Shown: piece after piece, positions 12,940 to 25,900 of the stretch | Position numbering within the stretch: the stretch's first letter is position 1 | Layout: the number at the start of each line of letters is the position of its first letter | Origin: the human T2T-CHM13v2.0 reference genome, Homo sapiens | Assembly: GCF_009914755.1 (NCBI RefSeq) | Contig: NC_060926.1 | Strand: one strand, 5' to 3' | DNA: 64,000 nt | Translations under genes and position numbers: made by a program | The notes under the pieces: generated by a model | What the model was told of the DNA's origin: nothing | What the model saw: only the letters and a program-made list of their open reading frames with translations | Database searches by the model: none

Positions 12940-14549
12940 ATGAGGATGATGCCGATGCTGCTGTTGCTGACAATCTGAAAACCAGAACCTCCCTGACACA
13001 ATGAAGAAACTGAGTCTCTCCAACCAGAGAAGTGCATGCTCTCTAGCCCTAGGGAGGTCTGTCAGGTAGGAGGCTTTATAAAAACTAGGCAACTCTGTGC
13101 ATTTGATTAAATCACCCTGTCATCATTTTATTTAGATTTCTAAGCCACTAGTTCAAACATCAGAACAAAGTTAACTACTTTGCATTTATATTTTATGACT
13201 TGTTTTTGATTATTTTCATCAAAATTTTATCATGAAGTCATGAGTTTTACTTTAATTATATATTTTGTAAAGGTTTCCATCATGCTTAAGTATGATTTTC
13301 TCATGCATTGAGGCCACTTCAGGGTTCTTTTCCCCTTTGAATTATATATCCCCAGACATATTATGTAACAGGCAAGGGGAAGTGTTCAACATGCCAAAAT
13401 TACTAACAACTTACATCTGCAAAGCACTTTACAGTTTACATGATTCTTTTGTCAACTTCATTTCATTTTATCCTCTAAACATTCTTGTATGCAGAAAACT
13501 AGACTTGAGGAGGTTGAGAATGAATTATGGAAGTAGCATAGTAAGTCTTAAAGCCAGGTTTTAATACAAGTCTCTTGATTCTAAAATCAATACCCCTCAG
13601 AGGGACCTTCAAAGGCTTTTCAGGAAAAATTTCAAGAACTTATCTATTTGGAAAATAAAGCTTCTTATCTCTCCCTACTTCTTTCCTCCCCTGCTCATTT
13701 AGGAAGGACCTAAAATGTTCCAGATGTGGAAATGCATGGATGACATCTTCCTGGCTGTTATGGTAAGTCCATGTCTGAAGACTGGTTCATTAAACCATGT
13801 ATACTCCCATGACTCATGATTGGGGGTTGATTGCTAATTTTTTAACACTATCAATAGGTGACTTATTTCTTAGGGACTTGGGAATATGAGTGGGGGTTGT
13901 GGAGTGAGAGAAGATAATATGACTTCCTGGCTAACAGTCATTCTTTCAGAATTGTTCTAAGTTCAATTTTAATTTACTGTGCCAAAACTCTAAAATGCTC
14001 GATAAAAAAACTTAGCTGTGGCCTTTCAATATATTCACTGGGAAGGGAATGTAAATTTAGGTTTTGGAGCTTTGGTTTGGGGGACAAAAGGAGATATTGA
14101 TCACCACTAAGAAAACTGTGAGCACTAGAGGAGATGTTTGGGGATTTATTTTACAGCAGTCCTTACTCAGCCTGTCATGTCATATCAGATTTGGGAACAA
14201 TTGTGGAGGTAGCATTAAACAATGAAGAAATGCAGAGGAGTCTGAAGGAACCCTAAAAAGCCTGGCACTAAAAATTATAAATAAACAGAATTGGAGACAT
14301 TACCACCAGAAGAGTTAGACAGCCTTAAATGATAATGACAATGAATCTTACCCTTTCCATGAAGCTTTTCCTTTGGCCTGAACCAGATATAACCTCTTCC
14401 AATGACAAAGTTCTATAACACCTAAGTTCTAGAATTTTTAGGGCTGAAATGGGATCCTAGAAAGCATCTAGGGGAAATGGAGCTCCAGCCAGCTGGCTGA
14501 GTATGAAATTAAGGTTAATAAAAAATAACGACCTTACTATAAAATTGAA

Positions 14550-15069
14550 AAAACAAATTTGACAATACAGTGGGAAAAATCCCACTTATAATAGTAACCA
14601 AAGATATAATACCTAGCAATACATTTAACAGGAAAGTGCAGAATCCATGCAAGTGAAACAAAATCTACTGAAGGACAGAAGAAAGGTCTGAATAAAAGGA
14701 AAGTTATGTTATGTTCCTAGATGGAAATCATGAAAATGTAAAAGATTTCAATTCTTCACAAATTAAGCATTTAATTCAACATAATCGTCATCGAAATTTG
14801 ACTAATTTTCATTCAATGTACCAAGGATGTTCTAAAATTCACATGGAAGTGAATACAGATAAAAATAAGACTTTTAATAAAAGAACAAAGAGAAGAGGCA
14901 TTGCTCTAACAGATTACAACACATACTATAAATCTATAGCCAATCAACTGATGTGATTTCGGCACAGAAATGTATTTTAAAAATCAGTGAGACAGTTTAA
15001 GAATACAGAAAGAAAATATGTATCTATGGGAATTTTGTGCATGATAAAGGTGGTATTCAAAATTAATGG
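14550..15069 (+). mobile_element. Ancient L1M ORF2 fragment
   Basis: TTCTAAAATTCACATGGAA...ACATACTATAAATCTATAGC...ATGATAAAGGTGGTATTC; translation IALTDYNTYYKS resembles [12 protein letters not shown]. Confidence 0.7.
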
Positions 15070-15449
15070 ATGTAAGTTATGATTATGTTCTACAGCTAGT
15101 AGCAGACACCTGAAAAACTGTAATTTAATCAAACAGGGATTTACTCTCCTCACATAACAAGATACAGAGGATTGCAGTTAAGGGCTATTGCAAAGCTTTG
15201 GAGATCCACATTCCCTTCAGTTTTCTAATCCTGCTCCTTAGCCCAAGTTCTTGCTTTCATGCTCACCACCTCATGCGTACTTTGCTGCCCCTTCTTCAGT
15301 GGTGCATTCCCCTTTCAGGGATAAATAAACAGGAGGAAGAGCTAGGTTTTAGATGCAGAACTTTTCCAGAAGTCCCAGCAGGGCTGAGACTTCTGCTTCC
15401 ATTTCATTGGTCAGAATTGTGTCATGTCCTCTCTATAGCTTCAAGAAAG

Positions 15450-15660
15450 GATGGGAGAAGAGATGGATGGATGAGAGATGGAAGATGGGAGGAGAGATGG
15501 ATGGATGGGAGGGGAGACAGACTGATGGGAGGGGAGACAGACGGATGGGAGGGGAGACAGACGGATGGGAGGGGAGACAGACAGATGGGAGGGGAGATGT
15601 TCGGATGGGAGGACAGATGGATGGATGGGAGGGAAGATGGACGGATGGTTAGGGAGATGT
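15450..15660 (+). repeat. 20-bp purine-rich minisatellite (GATGGGAGGGGAGACAGACG)n, about 10 units
   Basis: Four near-identical units at 15504-15583 with degenerate units on both sides. Confidence 0.9.
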
Positions 15661-15946
15661 TGGTCAAAGGATACAAAATTCCAGTTAGATAGGAGGAATA
15701 AGTTCAATAGCTCTATTATACAGCATGGTGACCTGAGTTAAGAACAATACATTATACTCTCAAAAATTGATAAGAGAGTAGATTTTGAGTGTTCTCATCA
15801 CAAAAAAAGTTAATAAATATGTGAGGTAATGCATTTGGTAATTAGCTGCATTTAGCCATGCCACAATGTATACATATTTCAAAATGACATGGTATATATG
15901 ATAAATATATGCAATTTGTATTTGTCAATTAAAAAATGGAATAAAA
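15650..15946 (+). mobile_element. L1MA 3' UTR end
   Basis: GGGAGATGTTGGTCAAAGGATACAAAATTCCAGTTAGATAGGAGGAATAAGTTC...TTTGTCAATTAAAAAA. Confidence 0.85.
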
Positions 15947-16068
15947 GGGATAGGACAGGTAGGTTCTTAAATGAGCACAGTGATACCATAAGCAAATAGT
16001 AAGTTTGTCTTTTCCATCAATAAGAAAGGGAAACTGGGTAGGAAGGCATTTAACAGCATCTGCCTCAC

Positions 16069-16820
16069 TGGGCCAGCTTCATGGATGTGAGGCTTATGCA
16101 GTCACATAAGACCCCATACTTGGTGTAATGCCCTTTATGGCCATCTTGAAATGCTTAATTGTTTTATCTTTGAACTTGTATTTTATAAGTGAAATCCAAT
16201 GGGACAATGGAACCCGTGCATGAGCAGAAGAGATATGTACAATATGCATGCTCCCTGGTCCTTGCCCCATTTGCATGTAGCATTCATGATATGTCAGGAG
16301 CAAGGAATTCTGGTAGACTCATGATGCATGGAAATTTAGTGAGACTCAAAATGAGTGCAAAGGAAGGCTGTTACATCTGTAGCTGAAGAAGTGGGGATGC
16401 TGACAGCCCTGAGAGGCTGTGCTTTCCATTAAAACCAGAACCTACTACAAACTGAGAGAAGGCAACAGTGTGTAAGAAACACAAATGATCTAGGAACCCT
16501 ATCATCTCCTTTCTAACTCATGTTACTTTTCCCTGCATAAAGTAAACTCTTAAGCTTTTTCAACTATGATTACATAGGGGAAAGGAAATAAGGAAGAAAC
16601 CCAAATTCCTTTTCTTATCCGTTGTTCCTTATCAGTAAACCAAAGGTAGAGAGGGTTGGTAGAATATTCATGTATGAAAAAGGTGAAGTCAAAAGAGTCA
16701 ACTTAGTTTTGTACAGTGTTTCCACTGTTCTGTTAAGAATGAAATACATATGAATGTACAAGCAGTGACATACAAATTATGTCATTTCAGTGATTTCATA
16801 TACAAGTTAGGCACAGGGTT
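16069..16820 (+). mobile_element. MER45-family hAT-Tip100 DNA transposon (MER45B/R-like)
   Basis: GGGCCAGCTTCATGGATGTG...GCAGTCACA...TGGCCATCTTGAAATGCTTAAT...TTTGAAC. Confidence 0.7.
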
Positions 16821-17082
16821 ATAAGCATGCCCAGGGCTGTGCACACAATTTGTAAAATCCTGAGAAGACCCTAAGCTTTCACCTTTGGTTAAGGAAATCT
16901 CTGTTGATTCATTAGCCAACCGTAAAGCTAAGCGAGTAGACTTCAGTAGCTTTGACATGCCAAAGAACACAGGCAGAATTAGTTCAGAAAAGTCACTAAG
17001 CAAACAACTATTACTACAAATAACAATAAAAACAATAAACTCTGGGGAGAAAGGAGGATCTGATTTCCAGAGTTGCTGCATT

Positions 17083-17282
17083 ACATTATTTACTGAGAAA
17101 TGCAGTTGAAGAAGAAGGGACGTTTGATGGGTCTCACAGATAATGCAGAAATTTTGAGTCCCTGGGTTTTACTGAGTTTCCACTGACTATCAGTGTGGCT
17201 ATGGGAGAGTTGTCCAACTTTTGTGGGTTTCTGAGATTCCAACTGTTAAATGAAGGAGTTGACAAGACAATCAGAAACTTTT
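17083..17282 (-). repeat. Inverted copy of 21346-21530 inserted in L1M
   Basis: GAGTCCCTGGGTTTTAC...CCAACTGTTAAATGAAGGAGTTGACAA is the reverse complement of TTGTCAACTCCTTCATTTAACAGTTGG...GTAAAACCCAGGGACTC. Confidence 0.92.
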
Positions 17283-18149
17283 AAATATGTTCAAAGAACC
17301 AAAGGAAGTAATGACTAAAGAACTAAAGGAAAGTAAAATGATGTCTTACCAAATAGAGAATATCAATTTAAAACAAGAAATTATAACAAGAACCAAATAG
17401 AAATTCTTGAGTTTAAAAGTACAATAACTTAAAAAATTCATGAGAGGGATTCTACCACAGATTTGAGCAGGCAAAATAACCAACAAATTTGAAGATAGGT
17501 CAACATACATGATCCAGTATGAGGCACAGAAGGATAAAAGAATGAAAAAAGATGAACAAAGCCTCAGAGACCTGTAACGTGTGAACATATGCATAATAGG
17601 CGTCCCAGAAGGAAAGGAGAGAGAAAAGTGGACAGAAATAATGGCTGAAAACTTCTAAAACATGATGAAAAATATTGATGTGTACATTCAAGGACTCAAA
17701 GGGATTCACAACCACACACATCATAAGCAAACAACTCTAAAGATAAAGAAAAGGAAGAATCTTGAAAGCAGCAAGAGAGTAGTGACTTATCACATACAAG
17801 GAATTTCAGTAAGATTAACGGTCAATTTTTTTTATCAGAAATCATGAAGGCCAGAAAACAGTGAGATAATGTATCTAAAGTGCTGAGAGAGAAAAGGTGT
17901 CAATTAAGAATTTTATATCAGACAAAACTATCTTTAAAAAATGAAGAAGAATTTAAGACATTCCCAGATAAACAAAAACCAACACAGTATTGATATATAT
18001 TTTTTGCAATACTTTTTTTCTCCTATGTGATTTAAGGGACAACTGCATAAAGCAAAACCTATAAATCTGTGTTGATGGGCATACAATATACAAAGATATA
18101 ATTTTATTACAATAATGGCACAAAGGAATTTTACAAGAACAAGGGTTTT

Positions 18150-19895
18150 TTAAAATTATACTTTAAGTTCTGGGGTACATGTGCAGAATGTACAGGTTTG
18201 TTACATAGGTATACACGTGCCATGATGGTTTGCTGCACCCATCAACCCATCATCTATATTAGGTATTTCTCCTAGTGCTATCCCTGCCCCCAGTCCCCCA
18301 ACAGGCCCCAGTGTGTTATGTTCCCCTCCCTGTGTCCATGTGTTCGAATTGTTCAACTCCCACTTATGAGTGAGAACATGCGGTGTTTGGTTTTCTGGTC
18401 TTGTGTTAGTTTCCTGAGAATGATGGTTTCCAGCATCATCCATGTCCCTGTAAAGGACATGAACTCATCCCTTTTTATGGCTGCATAGTATTCCACGATG
18501 TATATGTGCTACATTTTCTTTATCTAGTCTATCATTAATGGGCATTTGGGTTGGTTCCAAGTCTTTGCTATTGTGAACAGTGCTGCAATAAACACACATG
18601 TCCATGTGTCTTTATAGTAGAATGATTTATAATCTTTTGGGTGTATACCCAGTAATGGGATTGCTGGGTCAAATGGTATTTCTAGTTCTGGATCCTTGAG
18701 GAATTGCCACACTCTCTTCCACAATGGTTAAACTAATTTACACTCCCACCAACAATGTAAAAACATTCTTATTTCTTCACATCCTCTCTAGCATCTGTTG
18801 TTTCCTGACTTTTTAATGATTGCCATTCTAACTGGCATGAGATGACATCTCACTGTGGTTTGGATTTGCATTTCTCTAATGACCAGTGATGATGAGCTTT
18901 TTTTCATATGTTTGTTGGCTGCATAAGTGTCTTCTTTTGTGAAGTGTCTGTTCAGATCCTTCACCCACTTTTTGATGGGGTTGTTTGTTTTTTTCTTGTC
19001 AATGTGTTTAAGTTCTTTGTAGATTCTGGATATTAGCCCTTTGTCAGATGGATAGATTGCAAAAATTTTCTCCCATTCTGTAAGTTGCCTGTTCACTCTG
19101 CTGATAGTTTCTTTTGCTGTGCAGAAGCTCTTTAGTTTAATTAGGTCCCATTTGTCAATTTTGGCTTTTGTTGCAATTGCTTTTGGTGTTTTAGTCATGA
19201 AGTCTTTGACCATGCCTATTACCTGAATGGTATTGCCTAGGTTTTCTTCTAGGATTTTTATGGTTTTAGGTCTTATGTTTAAGTCTTTAATCCATCTTGG
19301 GTTAATTTTTGTATAAGGTGTAAGAAAGGGATCCAGTTTCAGCTTTCTGCATATGTGTAAGGAAGGGATCCAGTTTCAGCTTTCTGCATATGGCTGAACA
19401 GTTTTCCCAACACCGTTTGTTAAATAGGGAATCCTTTCCCCATTGCTTGTTTTCGTCAGGTTTGTCATAGATCCTATGGTTGTAGACATGGGGCATTATT
19501 TCTGAGGCCTCTGTTCTGTTCCATTGGTCTATATATCTGTTTTGGTACCAGTACCAAGCTGTTTTGGTTACTGTAGCCTTGTAGTATAGTTTGAAGTCAG
19601 GTAGAGTGATGTATCCAGCTTTATTCTTTTTGCTTAGGATTATCTTGTCTATGCAGGCTCTTTTGTGGTTCTATATGAAATTAAAAGTACTTTTTTCCAA
19701 TTCTGTGAAGAAAGTCAATGGCAGCTTGATGGGGATAGCACTGAATCTATAAATTACTTTGGGCAGTTTGGCCATTTTCACAATATTGATTTTTCCTACC
19801 CATGAGCATGGAATGTTTTTCCATTTGTTTGTGTCCTCTCTTATTTCCTCAAGCAGTGGTTTGTAGTTCTCCTTGAAGAGGTCCTTCACATCCCT
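18150..19895 (-). mobile_element. 5'-truncated L1PA (about PA7/8), TSD AACAAGGGTTTT
   Basis: ORF2 C-terminal pieces ([32 protein letters not shown]) and 3' UTR; TSD at 18138-18149 and 19899-19910. Confidence 0.95.
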
Positions 19896-20819
19896 AGAAA
19901 CAAGGGTTTTATATACTGTTAAAATCAAGTTGTATTAATCCAAACCAGACACTTTTAAATTAAGATATTAATTGTAATCCCAGGGCAACCATTAAGAAAA
20001 TAACCCAAACATATATAGTAAAGGGAATGATAAAAAAATGGTATATAGAAAATTATTTAACACAAAAGAATGCAATGATGGAAGAATAGAGGAACAGAAA
20101 GCATGAGATACACAGAAAATAATTAGATAATATCAAGTATAAATCCTATGTTTACTACTTACAGTAAATGTAAATGAAATAAACATTACAATCAAAAGAC
20201 AATGATTGGTAGAATGAATTTTTAAACACATGATTCAACTATGTACTATTAGAGAGGTACTTTGGATTCAAAGACACAGAAGATCGAAAGCAAATAAATA
20301 CAAAAATATATCATACAACAGTAGCCAAAAGAGAACTGGGGTGACTATACTAATATCAGACAAACTAGACTCGAAGACAAAAAATTGTTACTAGAGACAA
20401 AAAAGATATTTGATAGTGATAAAAGGGTCACTCTGCAAGAATATATAATAATGAAAGTGTATATACTTATAACAGAGCTGCAAAATATGTGAAGCAAAAC
20501 CTGACAGAATTGAAGGGTGAAATACACAATTAAATAATGGTAATTGGAGACTTCAATATTCCTCTTCCAATAATGGATAGTGCAACTAGACAGAAGATAA
20601 GCACGGAAATAGAACACTTGAACAATACTATAAACCAACTAGACATTTATAGAAAACTCCTAACTACAGAAGAATAAATATTTTTCTCAAGCACACACGG
20701 AACATTCTCTAGGATAGACCATATGTTAAGCCATAAAACAAATCTCAGTAAATTTAAAAGGATTTAAATAATACAAAGTATGTTCCTCAAGCACAAAGAA
20801 ATAAAATTAGAAAGAAACA

Positions 20820-21120
20820 GGCTGGGAGCAGTAGCTTATACCTGTAATCTCAACACTTTGGGAAGCCAAGGCAGGAGGATTGCTTCACCCCAGGTGTTTG
20901 AGATCAGCCTGGGCAAGATAGCAAGACCCTGTGTCTAAAAGGAAAAAAATTACCTGGGCATGTTGGCACATGCCTGTAGTCCCAGTTACTTGGGAGGCTG
21001 AGGAAGGAGGATCACTTGAGCTGGGGAGGTTGAAGCTGCAGTGAGATGTGATCACACCACTGCCCCCCCGAGCCTGAGAGTCAGAGTGAGACCCTGCCTC
21101 AAAAAATAAATAAAAAAGAA
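20820..21120 (+). mobile_element. AluJ
   Basis: GGCTGGGAGCAGTAGCTTATACCTGTAATC...GGAGGATCACTTGAGC...A-tail. Confidence 0.92.
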
Positions 21121-22749
21121 AATTTGGCAAATTCAGAAATATATGGAAATTAAATAACATACTCCCAATGACCAGTGAGTCAAAGAAAAAATGATCACAA
21201 GGGAAGTTAGAAAATACTTTGAGATAAATAAAAATGAAAACAAACATACTCAGAACTTACAGAATACAGCTAAAGCTGTCAGGAACTTTTGCTCTACCTG
21301 CATTGTTTGAAATTTATAAAAATGTGTTCAAGTGCTATAATTTCAAAAAGTTTCTAATTGTTTTGTCAACTCCTTCATTTAACAGTTGGAGTCCCAGAAA
21401 CCCAGAGATTCTCCCACAGCTGCACTGCTAGTCAGTGGAGACTCGGTAAAACCCAGGGACTCTAAATTCCTGCATTATTTGTGTGACCCATCGAACATCC
21501 TTTTCCATCACACTTCTCAGCAAATAATGTTTTCTTCACTGCCACAGAGTATAGTTAACTGCACATTTATTTTATCTAAACCACCAGACTATTAGGTCAT
21601 AAAGTGTGAGGACTTTCTTGTATTTTCCGGGGTGCATTAGCATAGTACTTTGACTAGCAACTGTGAAAACACATGTTGGGCACCCCAATATAGGCATTGG
21701 GCTAGGTGGTAGAGGTAAAAGGTAAATAAGACATGGTCTTTCCTGTTGAAGAAGTCATTTATTGAGCCAAGTGTTCAATAACTTTTTCACTGATTAAGTA
21801 AATGGATTTTGAAACTTAAAACTTGACAGTCCCGCCTACTTAACAACACTTGATTTACTGAAATTCTTTAAAATATCATATTTAAAAGCTCAGCATGAAG
21901 AAAGAGCTAACCAGAACACCAACTTCTCCAGCAATATATTAAAACCATGAATGACCATCCCAAACTTACATTTTTCAGACCAAAAAGGTCTAAAATAAGG
22001 ACCAAGAAAAGTTTTTACCATCCAGACAGGCATTTTCCACTGACAAATGAGATCATCTGCTTCCCAGTAGGTGGGTCCTGAGGGACACTTCTTGCATTTT
22101 GAAACAATAAACTTAAAAGAGATTTATTTTTTAAATGTTGATAGCATTAACAAGAAAATACATCCCTAGTTCAGAAAGTAAATTTAATTACGGATGCAAT
22201 GTTAAAATACACAGACGCAGAAAGAAACCTGTAAGAAATGGATTATACTGCTGACTGGATTGATCAGGACCTGGTCTTTAAAAAGAGCAGTAAGACCTGG
22301 GCTTTTCCTTAGCTCTGTTACCATCAGACACACACAAGTTCTGATAGGAAAGATTGTGCCAAGCTGCCGCAGAGCTGAGATACAAATGGTTTTTATTGTC
22401 TGTGGGCTGAGAGTATAATCCTGCTGCAAAATGTAGCTCTGGGAAAGACCCTGCACATTTGCTTTCAGAGTGACTCTGTCTCTTGATGCTTGATGGATGT
22501 CTTTCCCCAAGCAAGAAGAAAAGCTCTATTATTGACAAGCTCAGTGGCAAAGGATAAAGGCTGAAACAGCTAGAGGAGAGTGCACGGGTGACCGGAGGTT
22601 TCAGAAAATGGACCTAGAATCAGTGAATCACAGAAACACAAGGCCCAAAGAAGGATTTTCATTTCAACATTAGTGATAGCCCAAGTCACTGAATTCAGAT
22701 TTTTAGAAATCTTAACTTAGTATGCACTTGTTAGTGAACATTTGATGAC

Positions 22750-23150
22750 TGTTTTAATCAGGATTGGATAGGTTATGCTGCTGCTAAAAAGAGAAAACAA
22801 ATATCTTAGTGGGTTATAATAACAATTTTGTTTCTTGTTCATGCGACGTCTCTCACGGTTTTGCAGAAGCATCTGCCCAGTGTAGTGGCTCAGGGACCTA
22901 GGCTACTAGAGCTGCCACCATCTCAAAACCTGCTGGTCACCATGTCAGAGGAAAGATTACTCTGGAAGGTCTTAGCCTGCCAGTTACATGATCTGGCCCA
23001 AAGGGACACATATCAGCTCTGCTCACACCTCATTCCACAGAACTAGTCTCATGCCCCCACCCAAACTTCAAGGGGCAGGAAATGTAATCCTCTTATATAC
23101 CTGAAGTCACATAGCCAGAAATACTTGGTGAATGGCATCAATGACTGATT
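22750..23150 (-). mobile_element. Old MLT1 (I/J-like) LTR
   Basis: GGATAGGTTATGCTGCTG...TCTTAGTGG...CAGAACTAGTCTCATGCCCCCACCCAA...GGAAATGTAATCC. Confidence 0.65.
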
Positions 23151-23547
23151 GTCACTGTTATCAGTGATGATGGTGATAGTCAAGGCAAAACAGAAGTCCT
23201 AGCAGCTTTAGTAAACCTCTGCCTGTGCACCATCAAACCTTCAGCAATAACTGTTTAAACTCTAGAACTATGTGCCAGGATCTGTATTATCAAACTCCAG
23301 ATATTTATCCCATTATTTTGTGGTTCTATCCTATCCCATCATTTTCAGCCCATCATTTATCTACCCACATGCAGTTTGGAATCATAACTTCTGTGTTTCC
23401 ATTGATTGCAGAACCCACCATATGGATAAGCTGTGACAGCATAATTAGTTCAAGTGGAAATTGCAGGTGGAGTAATTCCAGAACAGGTTCTGCTACAATA
23501 AAATATAGGGTTTAGTATGATTTGAAGTTTAATACCTGTAAAGAAAA

Positions 23548-23820
23548 GGCTGCAAACTCAAATGCCTTCAGGGGACAGACAGGTAACATAATTGCAGGAA
23601 AAAGCCACTTTTAAGAGGTTGGAGTATTGGGGGCCAAGCTGAACCAGGGAGAACATGGCCTATCTAAAAGGCAAAGTATCTCCTCTGGATTCTTAGGTAA
23701 AATCTAGATTTTGAATTTTGGCCAGAAAAAAATCTGTTTTCTAAAATTATATTTTATGAACCAAATAAAGCATGTCCATAAGCAAAATTTTAGCTGCAGG
23801 CTACCAATTTGCACCTTCTG
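23548..23820 (+). mobile_element. hAT-Charlie MITE (MER102-like)
   Basis: GGCTGCAAACTCAAATGCCTTCAGGGGACAG...GCAGGCTACCAATTTGCACCTTCTG. Confidence 0.6.
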
Positions 23821-24254
23821 CTGAAAGGTTTGGATGATTAAAATACATCCCACAAGGCTGATTACTTCCTGCTAGGCACCACGCTCACGTTTTAGGTAGC
23901 TGCCGCTGGGTTAGTGATGGAAGGTGAATATGAAGCCACAGGCTGTGATGAAGTATGCCTCGTTAGGTTTGGGTTACTGAAAGAAATGAGGAGAAAGTAC
24001 ATGAGGATTTCCTTAATGCACTACCAATCCTTATATAGAGATATCACTTTTTAGTAATGCTAATATCTCCTTTTAAACACAGGGAAAATTGAAAGGCACA
24101 TGCAAACAAACTATAATATCCAGTTACAGGTAATATAGGGCCTAACAGTAAATTTCAAGAGTACTAAATTATGTTGTGATAAAGTTTTATCTCATCCAAT
24201 GGACTTCCTCAGGCTTCAACCTTGGCTCCAAGCTCCTTTTCAAAATATAAGTGA

Positions 24255-24487
24255 GTGTAGCTTAGTAGTTTCAGAATATAGACTATAGAGCCAAATACAA
24301 CCTTCCCAACTGTGTGATCTCAGACAGGTCACTTAACTTCCCTCTGCTTCGATTTTCTTATTAGAAAAATTGGATACTAATAGTATCTTCCCCTTAGGTT
24401 TGCCGTGAGGATCAAAAGAGTCAATAATACATGTAAAGTGCATAGAATCTTGGCGGCACAAAGCAAACGCTGAGTGAAAGTATGTTA
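24255..24487 (+). mobile_element. MIR
   Basis: CTGTGTGATCTCAGACAGGTCACTTAACTTCCCTCTG...ATGTAAAGTGCATAGAA. Confidence 0.75.
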
Positions 24488-24985
24488 TGTTCGTTTCTTA
24501 ACACTTTCTTATTAACTGGAAAATCCTGTGGTGTTTACTTCTTGTTAGAGAGAAAACATTTTCCTTTTTTTCCAATAAATTTTGTCCTTGACAGCTATTC
24601 TTTGAGTGTCAGTCAGTCTCTCGAAACAGAGGAATGTCTGTATAGCTGCAGTGACATCTTGCCAGGAGAGCCTTTCTTTTCTTGGGACTTTTCATTTCCA
24701 TTTCACAACATGGTTCTGGTCAGTACTTCTTTGGAGGGACTTCTGATCAGCCCAGATCTTGCTGCCTTTTTTCCCATATCCTGCCCCTTAAACTCCCATC
24801 CCACACCCTGCCCCTCGTAGACACTTTAAAATCCACTTGAACAACACAGATGAATCATTTGGCAAAGTAAACAATAATTTCTTCCCAGGGAACTCCTCAG
24901 GACTCTGTGGTGTTTTGACCATCTGCAGCCATGGAAACGACAGATGAAGTGTATGGTCATTGGAATGCTTTTAACTCGCGCTTCC

Positions 24986-25900
24986 TGTGGCAGAGACTAC
25001 TAATTGCTTCTCAGTAGCCGTTCTCCCTTTCTTTATAAGAAAGTTTTAGCTGAACACATCACTGCCCCACTAAAACATTTCCCTTGTGGCTTGATGTTGC
25101 CATGTGAAAGCCCTGACCACAGAGATGTAAGCAGGAATGCTGTGTGTGTGCCTTCCAGGAATTCTCTTTAAACGAAGAGTACCAATTCTTCCTTCAGTCT
25201 TTCCTCTATCGTGATACCTTGGATATGAATATAATGGCTGGAGCTCCAGCAGCTATTTTAGACTATGGGATTTAAGACAGCAATTCTCAAAGTATAGGCT
25301 GAGGATACAGAGAACAAAAGCCTTGCTCAGGAGGCCCACAGAATCCTCCCTTTTCCAAATATATATCTATTTCAAGTCTAGAATTTTCTTCATAAATTTC
25401 AACCAAAACTATGAATATATTGCAACAGATTGCATACAGTGGCGTATATGAAATTCAAAATGTCTTCTATTAAGCCAGATAGGGATTTATAAAAATGTAA
25501 AAAGGTTATTCTTCCCACTAATTTTTTTGTCTTAGAAAACATAATTATTTTTCACAAATCCATGTTATTGCTAACATGCAGTAGGTTTATTATTTGTATT
25601 TTAAAATGAAAATATGTAAAAAAATTTCTCGGTTTTAATTTTTACTATAGTAACTTACATAAACAATAGCTCTTTGCAGGCCTTAATGACTTTTGAGGGG
25701 GTAAAGGGATCCGGAGACCAAAAAGCTTGAAAGCTGGTTTAATTCCACACTCTATAAATAATGGGGAGATGAACTACAAAGAGCCTGAGTTAATGTCAAC
25801 TTTTTTTTATGTGAGCAAAAGTTAAACTTCTATATGTGTAAGTCACTATTACTGGGGTGTTTCTGTTATATCAAGCAAAACTAATTTTTTTAACAGATAC
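24986..25900 (+). mobile_element. Old MLT1 LTR interrupted by a Charlie element
   Basis: TGTGGCAGAGACTAC...ATGGCTGGAGCTCCAGCAGCTATTTTAGACTATG; resumes AAACTTCTATATGTGTAAGTCACT...CAGATAC. Confidence 0.65.
25278..25737 (+). mobile_element. hAT-Charlie (Charlie1-type) internally deleted DNA transposon
   Basis: CAGCAATTCTCAAAGT...TGTCTTCTATTAAGCCAGA...GTAAAGGGATCCGGAGACCAAAAAGCTTGA. Confidence 0.7.

Larger units (their letters stand above)
15070..16068 (-). mobile_element. Old MLT1 (J/K-like) LTR interrupted by a minisatellite and an L1MA 3' end
   Basis: CTCACATAACAAG...TTTCCAGAAGTCCCAGCAG...TTCATTGGTCAGAATTGTGTCATGTCC; resumes at ~15950 and ends CAGCATCTGCCTCA. Confidence 0.6.
16830..21280 (+). 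mobile_element. Old L1M (MB/MC-like): 5' region, ORF1 and ORF2 endonuclease region; 3'-truncated, with nested L1PA and AluJ
   Basis: GATCTGATTTCCAGAGTTGC; AAATATGTTCAAAGAAC; AAGACATTCCCAGATAAACAAAAAC; GGAGACTTCAATA; GGATAGACCATATGTTAAGCCATAAAACAAATCTC. Confidence 0.8.

Noticed and set aside
15198-15707. Four overlapping repetitive ORFs (GRGDRQMGGETDGWE...)
   Set aside because: They are translations of the stop-free 20-bp minisatellite.
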